The translations under genes and the position numbers were made by a program. This document shows positions 52,424 through 60,427 of a DNA stretch of 64,000 nt, in pieces (positions within the stretch are counted from its first letter, which is position 1; each line of letters starts with the position of its first letter). Below the pieces are notes generated by a model. That model was not told the origin of the DNA. It did no database searches and saw only the letters and a list, made by a program, of their open reading frames with translations. This DNA comes from a virus. The stretch covers positions 1-64,000 of the IMG/VR virus record IMGVR_UViG_3300021365_000005. One strand, written 5' to 3'.

Positions 52424-54303
52424 TATAACTTTTTACTTTTTTTAATCCACTTAAGGGCTTCTTTGTTTTTTACAGGTTTGTTTAAAAATGACATTACTGC
52501 TGATTTAGTTCCTGGGGGAAGTTTTTCTATCATGTTGCCATCAGCTTCTACTTTTACAAAATTAGAACCAAAGCCACTTTTAAAAGTGTTAAAATTGTCA
52601 TGAACTTTTTGCCAGGTCCTTTCCACTACCTTATCAAGTAATTTTCGTTCAGGCCTATTTGCATTTCGTTGCAAAGCAGTTTCTAGGGTTGTGTTGACAT
52701 AAACCATATAAGTGTCATAACCTAAAGCCTCAATACTTTTCTTTTTTCCAAAAAGGGCATTCGAAGATGCACCAGTTCCATCTATTATAATTCCAAGTTT
52801 ACCATCCAAATAATTTTCTAATTGCTTTTTAGCAATCTTAACGGACTTACCCATAAGCTTACCATCAAGGCTTCGTTCGGCATCTGTCATGGCATCAGAA
52901 TCTGCAGGGATTTTGTGCTTCTTTTTTAAGTACTCAAGGGCTTGATCTAGATTAACAACTTTAAGCCCTGTAGATGTTAGACTTTTTATTTGTTTAGAAG
53001 ATGGGTCGTTGAACAACTTGTTGATAACAGTAGATTTGCCAGAGCCTGGGCCTCCAGCTAAAAATATAGCCTTAAATATGTACTTATCATTGATCCCTTC
53101 TGTAAGAGGCTCTTCGATTTTTTCGCCGTCTGGAGATTTACTAGGAATTTCATCTTTAAAACTTAGAAATTCAATTCCAAGTTTACTTGCTATTTGCTGA
53201 ATGTGTTTTTTCCATAAAGCGTATGCTTGGGATGACTTATAGTCTTTGGGATTTGAAGGGGTGCCTTCGCCGGGAAGTCCTGCTGGAAAGAATGAAGGTG
53301 AGGTCGATGAGTATGGATCTTGAAAGCTTTGGAAATCCCCATCATTCATTATATAGTCTACAACTTTCATTCCTAAACGATCTGCCATTTTGGTAGATGC
53401 ATTTTTGAAGTGAGCTAAGCTATTATAATATGCTGTAGGCCCGTCGTCGACGTCGGCACCAGTTAGGTTTGTGGAATTACTTTCAATTATAAACTTATCC
53501 AACTCTTTCTGGGATATCGTTTCAAGTATGGTAGTAAAGGCTATTTCTTCGCCTAGAGTTAATGGTTCGTTGGGAATTGTGATTTTTGATTCCCCTAAAG
53601 ATTTTAGCTTAAGCTGGTCTTGTATCCATTTCTTTCCAATTGGGTTTTTCAAAGGCTTACTTACTAATCTAGAAACTCCTTTAATTTTATCTGCATGCAT
53701 TTTATTAAAATTGCCAACCTCTGTGTTGTCGATGATAACAAATGAAGATCCAAATAGGGATTGAAACTTGCCCATATTGTTTTGAACATCCATCCAGCTT
53801 TTTTCTAAAAGGTCTGCTGGCAATACTCTGTCTCTTTTAAGGTTTCTTTCTTGGGCAACTTTTAGAGAAGTGTTTACAAAAACCATAGAGCAATCATAAC
53901 CTTGAGCCTCTAATCTTTTTTTACGCTTTGCAATTTTACTGTAGTTTGCTCCAGTGCCATCTAGTACTAGACCTAGCTTTCCATCTTCATACATAGCTTG
54001 TAGTTTTGCTTTCATTCTACGAGCTTTTTGGCGAGCAGCATTGGGATTGTCTGTGTAGTACTTAAAAACTTTATCCGTCATTTTAGATAGGTTCTTAGGA
54101 TTAACCCCAGATTTTTTTAGAAACATTTCAAATGCAGGATCTGAATTAACTTGTTTTAGTCCTGTAGCAGAAGTAGATTTCATTATGTCGGCAACACCAA
54201 ATACTTTAGATGCGGCGTATGATTTTCCAGATCCAGGACCTCCTGCTAGAAAAATGGCCTTTAATATATTTGGATCGTAGACCCCTTCATTAACTGATTT
54301 CAT
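52423..54303 (-). CDS. Tandem zeta-toxin / AAA_33-like P-loop kinase
   Basis: Two copies of KAIFLAGGPGSGKS...LG.(V/I).DGTG...GYD..MV.VNT.L..A..RN. Confidence 0.85.
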   Translation of the reverse strand: MKSVNEGVYDPNILKAIFLAGGPGSGKSYAASKVFGVADIMKSTSATGLKQVNSDPAFEMFLKKSGVNPKNLSKMTDKVFKYYTDNPNAARQKARRMKAKLQAMYEDGKLGLVLDGTGANYSKIAKRKKRLEAQGYDCSMVFVNTSLKVAQERNLKRDRVLPADLLEKSWMDVQNNMGKFQSLFGSSFVIIDNTEVGNFNKMHADKIKGVSRLVSKPLKNPIGKKWIQDQLKLKSLGESKITIPNEPLTLGEEIAFTTILETISQKELDKFIIESNSTNLTGADVDDGPTAYYNSLAHFKNASTKMADRLGMKVVDYIMNDGDFQSFQDPYSSTSPSFFPAGLPGEGTPSNPKDYKSSQAYALWKKHIQQIASKLGIEFLSFKDEIPSKSPDGEKIEEPLTEGINDKYIFKAIFLAGGPGSGKSTVINKLFNDPSSKQIKSLTSTGLKVVNLDQALEYLKKKHKIPADSDAMTDAERSLDGKLMGKSVKIAKKQLENYLDGKLGIIIDGTGASSNALFGKKKSIEALGYDTYMVYVNTTLETALQRNANRPERKLLDKVVERTWQKVHDNFNTFKSGFGSNFVKVEADGNMIEKLPPGTKSAVMSFLNKPVKNKEALKWIKKSKKL

Positions 54304-54320
54304 GAATTATCTCCTTAGTA

Positions 54321-54330
54321 TATAAATATC
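54321..54330 (-). promoter_or_regulatory. Late-type motif GATATTTATA
   Basis: Recurrent motif; AAGGAG SD follows. Confidence 0.65.
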
Positions 54331-54332
54331 TA

Positions 54333-55004
54333 TTATATCCCAATTACCTTTCCAATATTTGCTGTTGCTACACCTAACACTTCACCTATGTTTGCTGTCG
54401 CAACGCCTATAACGTCATTTGCATATCCAGACGATGCTTCTGTGTAAGTAAGAGTAATTGTAGTTCCAAATCCTATACCTGCGTTTAAAGCCGTTCCTGA
54501 GGTTGCTGCTGTATTGCTGTAGTCTTTATCATGTTCAACTATAGCGCAAATAAAGGCATCATCATTTTGTATGTCTGTATTTGCGGTTGAATTAAGGGTA
54601 ATGTCATTAGTACCTGAAGCATCCCATGAAGCATATTCACTACTATATGCTGTACTAAAATCTATTGTAGAAAAAAAATCTGAAGTTGCTAATGTTGTGC
54701 CCCCATCTCCACCAAAAGCCGTACTTTTTAAAACAATAACATCAGCTGTGTCTCCTCCAGCTCCTACAATATTAAGTGAAGTATTTGATATTGTTCCAGT
54801 TAGTCCACTAGTGTCAAAATAAAGGAATGTTCTTCTCATAGCATGAGTAAGAGAACCACGACCAGGAACTGCTGTATATTGAAGAGCAGCTTGGTCGTTT
54901 GTAGGAGCTGATACTACACTACTACCATTTTGTCTTGCAGTTGCAAAAATTCTAGAGGATTGACCTGTAATATATCCTGCTTTAGATGCGTCTATTGTTG
55001 CCAT
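54333..55004 (-). CDS. Virion beta-sandwich protein
   Basis: RTFLYFDTSG motif; C-terminal tandem repeat (V/I)GVATANIG(E/K)V. Confidence 0.6.
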   Translation of the reverse strand: MATIDASKAGYITGQSSRIFATARQNGSSVVSAPTNDQAALQYTAVPGRGSLTHAMRRTFLYFDTSGLTGTISNTSLNIVGAGGDTADVIVLKSTAFGGDGGTTLATSDFFSTIDFSTAYSSEYASWDASGTNDITLNSTANTDIQNDDAFICAIVEHDKDYSNTAATSGTALNAGIGFGTTITLTYTEASSGYANDVIGVATANIGEVLGVATANIGKVIGI

Positions 55005-55552
55005 TTTGGTAGGTAGTAGGTTTTGTTATTAAAGTACATATTTGTAGGAGGATCAACAGAATATTGTTGGTAGGTAACATTAGGTATGTTATAGAAGTTA
55101 TTTTCTTCTTCTAGGTTATTCCACCAAGTAGCTACTCCTCCTTTTTTTACTAGAGATGATAATGAAGCAGAAAAGTGTATCATATCATCATCACCAAAGG
55201 TATCATAAAATACCCCATCGTATGTTGATAGGGAATTTCTTACATCATACCAACTTCCTGTTATTATTGTTACGTTAGATTTTCCACTTGCCCAAGCCTG
55301 AGCTTTAGGGATCACTTCTGGGTGGTTTTCTATAATAGTATGAGAAGAAATTGAGTGAGAATGCATATACCCTGCTGAGATACCCATCCCAAATCCTATT
55401 TCTAAAATATCTCCACCTCCCTTACAAACATAAGCAGCAGAAGCTGACATTAGAGAATCCTCCCAATTCATCATTACTTCAAACTTTACACTTTCTTCGG
55501 TGTAATAAATCTTATCGGATTCAAAGGTTAATATTTTATCTATATATGTCAT
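54992..55552 (-). CDS. SAM-dependent methyltransferase, GAMT/Rmt2-like
   Basis: VMMNWE..LM, ILEIGFGMGISA, HTIIENHP, GSW.DV, YDGVFYDTF. Confidence 0.8.
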   Translation of the reverse strand: MTYIDKILTFESDKIYYTEESVKFEVMMNWEDSLMSASAAYVCKGGGDILEIGFGMGISAGYMHSHSISSHTIIENHPEVIPKAQAWASGKSNVTIITGSWYDVRNSLSTYDGVFYDTFGDDDMIHFSASLSSLVKKGGVATWWNNLEEENNFYNIPNVTYQQYSVDPPTNMYFNNKTYYLPKWQQ

Positions 55553-57450
55553 TAAGCAATTTCCACATAAGTGCTATCAGGATTAAAGAACATTTTTTTG
55601 TTGCTAACGCCTAGAGAATATCCTAAAATTCTAACTAGGTCACCAGAATCAGACGGTGCAGTTAGAGTAGCTTCCCCACCGGTTTCAGAAGCATATACTG
55701 GAATACCTGCTGCATCAGAACCTGCTGTGTAAGCAGATGCTAAAGTAACACATCCTTTTATAATCATACCATCTCCAGAGTTTCCATTACCTGCGGCGAT
55801 CGTTGCAACAGCACATAAGTTATAGACTCTGTTGTCAAAGTTTGCGTCGATTAGCGTCCAAACCCCAGATCGTAAAGTATATATAGCCCCAGCTGTAACA
55901 CTAGTACTACTAATGCCATATAGTATTTCGGCACCTGGCCCGTAGTCTCCGGCGTTATTACCACTAATAGAATGCTTTATACTAGTAGCTGTAATTTCTC
56001 CTGTGTCTATAGTGCTTGTGCCATTATCTATATTGCCAAAGCCAGAAGCTATTGTTCCCGATCCTAAAGCACCTACTGTTGTTATAGCTAATCCATTAAT
56101 ATCGGCTTGGGTTTGATCAGCAGTAGCACTCGCTTCAATAGCATCCAGTTTTGTTTTGTCTCCATTTGCAAATGCTCCCTCAGAAGGTTTAGGTTGTAGT
56201 GTACTTATCGTTACACCTTTAACTCCTGCTAAATCTGTAAGTTCAGAATCCATAAGGGCACCTGCTGAGGTAACATTTGCCGTATCAGTTACATCTGCGC
56301 TAGCTTCGATACCATCTAATTTTGTTTTATCACCATTAGCGAAAGCACCTTCCGAAGGTGGTTGTTGGGCTGAGTCAGCTTTGGTTCCTTGTGCGGATGT
56401 GGCATAGTCTGAAGAATCGAATGCTTTAACTTGTGCTAAGTTAGTCACTTCTGAGTCCATTAATGCTCCTGCACTGGTTACGTTTGTAGTGTCAGTTACA
56501 TCTGCACTGGCTTCTATTCCATCTAATTTTGTTTTATCACCATTAGCGAAAGCACCTTCTGAAGGCTTAACTTGTAGTGTTGAGATTGTTACTCCCTTAA
56601 CACCTGCTAAGTCAGTTAATTCACTATCCATAAGGGCACCTGCTGATGTGACGTTTGCTGTATCTGTAACATCAGCGCTGGCTTCAATGGCATCCAGTTT
56701 TGTTTTATCGCCATTAGCAAATGCTCCCTCAGAAGGCTTAACTTGTAGTGTTGAGATTGTTACTCCCTTAACACCCGCTAAATCTGTTAACTCTGAGTCC
56801 ATTAATGCTCCTGCAGCTGTAACGTTTGTAGTATCGGTTATGTCTGCTGACGCTTCTATTGCATCTAGCTTGTCGTGATGTGCAACTGACATTACGCCTG
56901 CAATTGTATCAGATGCTTCTGCAATTATTACATTAGTTCCATCTGAGGAGTTTATTGTGATCTGAGATGCGTGTGTTGTTGCGGTTAAGTTTGTGCTTAC
57001 GTTTGTTGCTTTAGCAGTGTTAGCAGTGATTGCTGTTTCAACATTTGCTATGTTTGGTATTGCAACTGTACCCGTAAATGTTGGACTTGCTATAGGAGAA
57101 TAAATTGTGTTTATGTTTGCACCATTATCAAAATAGTCTGCAGCATATATATTAGCACTTGCACTTATATTACCTGAGGCTGTTATGTCGCCTGTGAACG
57201 TATGAGTGTCTCCAGCAGAGTCTCCAAACGCGGTAGATCCCGAACTGAATGATGTTGTCATGTGAGTTACCGATGAGGAAACCACATATGTTTCTGCAGT
57301 TAACGTGTCGACTTTAAAGTCGCTTAGTACACTTGAGCCTGATCCATAGAATAATTTACCCGAATCAAGATTAATTGCTAGTTCGCCTTCTGCAAGACTT
57401 GATGGTACGGAACTACCAGTTCCTCTTTTTATTTGTATTGTGTTTGCCAT
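55552..57450 (-). CDS. Fibre protein with Mtd_N-like N-terminus and internal repeats
   Basis: IQIKRG...LAEGELAIN...GKLFYG; 57-aa repeats; C-terminal APSDSGDLVRILGY domain. Confidence 0.8.
   Translation of the reverse strand: MANTIQIKRGTGSSVPSSLAEGELAINLDSGKLFYGSGSSVLSDFKVDTLTAETYVVSSSVTHMTTSFSSGSTAFGDSAGDTHTFTGDITASGNISASANIYAADYFDNGANINTIYSPIASPTFTGTVAIPNIANVETAITANTAKATNVSTNLTATTHASQITINSSDGTNVIIAEASDTIAGVMSVAHHDKLDAIEASADITDTTNVTAAGALMDSELTDLAGVKGVTISTLQVKPSEGAFANGDKTKLDAIEASADVTDTANVTSAGALMDSELTDLAGVKGVTISTLQVKPSEGAFANGDKTKLDGIEASADVTDTTNVTSAGALMDSEVTNLAQVKAFDSSDYATSAQGTKADSAQQPPSEGAFANGDKTKLDGIEASADVTDTANVTSAGALMDSELTDLAGVKGVTISTLQPKPSEGAFANGDKTKLDAIEASATADQTQADINGLAITTVGALGSGTIASGFGNIDNGTSTIDTGEITATSIKHSISGNNAGDYGPGAEILYGISSTSVTAGAIYTLRSGVWTLIDANFDNRVYNLCAVATIAAGNGNSGDGMIIKGCVTLASAYTAGSDAAGIPVYASETGGEATLTAPSDSGDLVRILGYSLGVSNKKMFFNPDSTYVEIA
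56120..56872 (-). repeat. About 4.3 tandem coding repeats (171 bp / 57 aa; third copy 69 aa)
   Basis: KLD(A/G)IEASAD.TDT.NVT.AGALMDSE...PSEGAFANGDKT; identical DNA tracts at about 56561 and 56732. Confidence 0.9.
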
Positions 57451-57873
57451 TTAAAATATTCCTCCATCCATATTTCCTATGAATGATGTTGCTGTTATTA
57501 TTCCACTTGAGCTTATATCGCCTGATGCTGTTATTGAACCCGAGACAATTAGGTTGGATAGCACATCTGTTGATGCTGGATTAAATCTAAGACCCGAAGT
57601 AGTATTGGAATGGTTAACGATATCTCCTGCTGTAATAATGCCACTTGCAGAAACATCACCTACTAGGTTAATATCCCCTTGCATTTCTATGGTATCTTGG
57701 AAAATTATGGGATTAAAAAATTGGGCATCGCCATTTACATTAAATTGATTAACCTCTAAATTTAGGGATGATACAATACTACCCGTACCATTAAATAAGG
57801 TTGACCCATCAGTATGTAACACCCTTTGAAAAGTGTCCTGTATATTACTTCCGCTTAAGTTTGGTAACGCCAT
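57451..57873 (-). CDS. Small fibre-like protein ending in DGGIF
   Basis: SASG/TASG repeats. Confidence 0.65.
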   Translation of the reverse strand: MALPNLSGSNIQDTFQRVLHTDGSTLFNGTGSIVSSLNLEVNQFNVNGDAQFFNPIIFQDTIEMQGDINLVGDVSASGIITAGDIVNHSNTTSGLRFNPASTDVLSNLIVSGSITASGDISSSGIITATSFIGNMDGGIF

Positions 57874-57880
57874 TTACTAA

Positions 57881-58444
57881 CTACTTTCTTTTTTCTAAAA
57901 CTTTTAGGACTTTGTTTATTACTGGAGACTTTTGAGCAGGCTCTATAGTGTTTTCATTTACATATGTTGCTACGATGTTATTTAGTTTGTTGCGCTTAAT
58001 AACAAGATTAGCCATTGTGATGTCTTCTTTTATTAAAAGTTTAACTAGGTTTAATACGTGTTGCTTTTCAGTAATAGTAGGCTTTTGGGATAAGATTTCT
58101 ATTTGAGATTTAGATTCAAGTACTTTTCGGGATCCCTGAGATTTAACTTCAACAGTTACCTTTTTAGAAGTTTCTACTTCAAAGGTTGATTCCCATGGAA
58201 TAAAGTATGTGTCTTCGGCAATCACTTCTAAACGAATGTTTCCACTAGATCGGTCTTCTAGTAATCCTTTTAGTCTTTTAACAGGGATTTCAACTTCACC
58301 CCCTGATGATATTGTACCCTTAAACATTAAATCAAAATCTTCAGATTCGACTACTAGTCTTGCTTGGGACTTTTTAAGTGAGGCACCTTCGAGCTTTATT
58401 TTAGCTGAAAACTTTTCTATTTTGTCAGTGTATAATGTGTACAT
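57881..58444 (-). CDS. Conserved hypothetical protein
   Basis: LEVIAEDTYFIPWES block. Confidence 0.65.
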   Translation of the reverse strand: MYTLYTDKIEKFSAKIKLEGASLKKSQARLVVESEDFDLMFKGTISSGGEVEIPVKRLKGLLEDRSSGNIRLEVIAEDTYFIPWESTFEVETSKKVTVEVKSQGSRKVLESKSQIEILSQKPTITEKQHVLNLVKLLIKEDITMANLVIKRNKLNNIVATYVNENTIEPAQKSPVINKVLKVLEKRK

Positions 58445-58724
58445 GTCTTTTTAATTCCTCTGCTATTAATTCTATTTCTTTTGTATGATGAGTTATATTT
58501 TTAACTTCTTTTTTTTCATCATAAATTTTAATTCCATTCCTATGCATAATTAAACGGATTAACTTTTTCTTTTTGTCGTCCTTTAACTTGCGAAGCTCTG
58601 TGTCGTCTACATAGCCATTATTAGTTACAGAATCGACAATTTCTGATATTTCAGCCAAGTTCCATAAATGGGGGTTTAGGTCCCATTTAAAATTAGCTTC
58701 GTTCCATTTAATTTTAGTTGCCAT
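58425..58724 (-). CDS. Hypothetical protein
   Basis: Trp-spaced N-terminus; late motif abuts the ATG. Confidence 0.65.
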   Translation of the reverse strand: MATKIKWNEANFKWDLNPHLWNLAEISEIVDSVTNNGYVDDTELRKLKDDKKKKLIRLIMHRNGIKIYDEKKEVKNITHHTKEIELIAEELKRHVHIIH

Positions 58725-58725
58725 A

Positions 58726-58735
58726 TATAAATATC
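58726..58735 (-). promoter_or_regulatory. Late-type motif GATATTTATA, 1 nt before the ATG
   Basis: GATATTTATA-T-ATG. Confidence 0.6.
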
Positions 58736-58737
58736 AC

Positions 58738-60426
58738 CTAAAAGGTTCCTCCGTCTATACCAGATACACTAAGGGTTCCACTTGCGCTTATATTACCTGA
58801 CAAACTTAGATTACCTGCTATATCCGCGTTACCGTCTACATCTAAAGCGTCAGCATTTACAGTACCATCAAAATAAGCATCTTTCCACTGCCAGGTACCA
58901 GAACCTAAATCATAGGTATCATCTGCTCCTGGGTAAAGATTACCATGTAGATAACCATCTTTGTATCTTTCTAAAAAGTTAACACCTTGTGTGTTAGCGG
59001 TGCTAGTGTTATTTAAGCTGTTGTCACCAGCTCTATAGTTAGCGGCATATAACGTGTGTATTCTAAAATAACTATTGTTTTGACTTCCTCCTAACGTATA
59101 TCTTAATTTTGTTGTTCCTTGCCCTGTTCCGCTGTTACCAGTAATTTGTCTTAATACAACATTCTCTGAATTGTCTGTAATGTCACAAAGAGTTTGCCAT
59201 CCATCGTCTGTTTGATACGCTTCTATTTTAACTCTTTGAGGAGTAAAACTAACTGCCCCAAAAACTATACCTACCCAAGAGCTATATTGTAACTCGTTAG
59301 TCCACTCTAAAGTGATAACACCAACACCAGCGGTACTACCATCCGCACCGTTATCAGAGTACCAGCTACCAGCTGTACTTGAGTGCGCGTCAAAAGCTTT
59401 CCCACTGTCAAAATCTGATTCAGCGACAGGGTTGCTATAAGTATAATTTCCAGATGAACCGCTTCTAGTTTTATATAAACCAGTTACCGTTATACTCGAG
59501 TTACTCCACTTATTAAACCCTGCTAAGTCATTTATTATATGAGGTATGTGAACCATAGAGGCTTCAGCTGCTGGGTTTAGAAACCCACCGCGTACCACGG
59601 TGCCAGTGGTACTTGTGCTAATAGCCTGAAAGTCAGCTCTGCCGTTTATATCTAGGCTAGTACCTTCTAATTCTGTACCTGTAATTTTACCAGTAGATGT
59701 TATCGCTCCGGATCCTATTGTACCTGTAACCGTAAGTAGACCTGCTTTGTCTAAAGTCATTACAGTAGCTAAGCTTCCACCAGTGTTTGTACCGTGTTTC
59801 CAAACCCAGTTGTCGTTTCCAGATCCACCGCCCCAAAGCTCAAAACTAGTGTTCATAGCATCGCCATCGGTCTCATCTTGTCTGTGTATTAAGTGTGCTG
59901 TTCTATCTTCTGTATATACTCCCCAGTATTCAGTTGAAGCTCTACCAACTTTAAATTGAGGACTATTTGGAGCTCCTTGAGATACAGTATATACTTCCAA
60001 TCCAGCATCCCCTGTTGGGTGGATTATTTGAAGGCCATCTTCACTTTGATCCCAAAGCATATATGATCCTGCTGTCGCTCCAAAGAATTTAACATCGTGG
60101 CCCGTGTCATTTACACCGACGGTGAGATCGCTTGAGATAGGAGATCCTAAAGCTAATGTTGTATCACTAGAACCTATAGTTAATGTAACACCTGTTGATC
60201 CATCTTCTGCTTTTATATTGCCTGTTTGTTCAAATAAAATGTCTACATTATTAGTACCATCTCCGATGTAAATATCAGATGCCCCATCACCTATTAATAC
60301 ATCTCCTACTGCATTGCTAATAACAAGATTATTACCATCTTGGGTTATTGCTCCGCATTCAGCGCCTGAACTATTATCAAATACTATATCGCCATCTGCT
60401 GGCGTGATTATAATGTCTTTTGCCAT
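58738..60426 (-). CDS. Tail fibre-like protein ending in DGGTF
   Basis: GVNDTGHDVKFFGATAG.YMLWD.S and P.ADDTYDLGS...W fibre motifs. Confidence 0.75.
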   Translation of the reverse strand: MAKDIIITPADGDIVFDNSSGAECGAITQDGNNLVISNAVGDVLIGDGASDIYIGDGTNNVDILFEQTGNIKAEDGSTGVTLTIGSSDTTLALGSPISSDLTVGVNDTGHDVKFFGATAGSYMLWDQSEDGLQIIHPTGDAGLEVYTVSQGAPNSPQFKVGRASTEYWGVYTEDRTAHLIHRQDETDGDAMNTSFELWGGGSGNDNWVWKHGTNTGGSLATVMTLDKAGLLTVTGTIGSGAITSTGKITGTELEGTSLDINGRADFQAISTSTTGTVVRGGFLNPAAEASMVHIPHIINDLAGFNKWSNSSITVTGLYKTRSGSSGNYTYSNPVAESDFDSGKAFDAHSSTAGSWYSDNGADGSTAGVGVITLEWTNELQYSSWVGIVFGAVSFTPQRVKIEAYQTDDGWQTLCDITDNSENVVLRQITGNSGTGQGTTKLRYTLGGSQNNSYFRIHTLYAANYRAGDNSLNNTSTANTQGVNFLERYKDGYLHGNLYPGADDTYDLGSGTWQWKDAYFDGTVNADALDVDGNADIAGNLSLSGNISASGTLSVSGIDGGTF

Positions 60427-60427
60427 A

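Noticed and set aside
52423-54303. Epsilon-zeta toxin-antitoxin module
   Set aside because: No small upstream antitoxin gene within the unit; the late motif and SD lead straight into the kinase.
56120-56872. CRISPR array
   Set aside because: The repeats are in-frame coding units without unique spacers.
55552-57450. Diversity-generating retroelement target (Mtd-like N-terminus)
   Set aside because: No reverse transcriptase, no adenine-specific TR/VR pair and no C-type lectin C-terminus are visible in the window.
7871-58735. TATAAATA read as T4 late promoters driving plus-strand transcripts
   Set aside because: There are no plus-strand genes, and the motif sits consistently just upstream of minus-strand starts, so it is treated as a minus-strand element.
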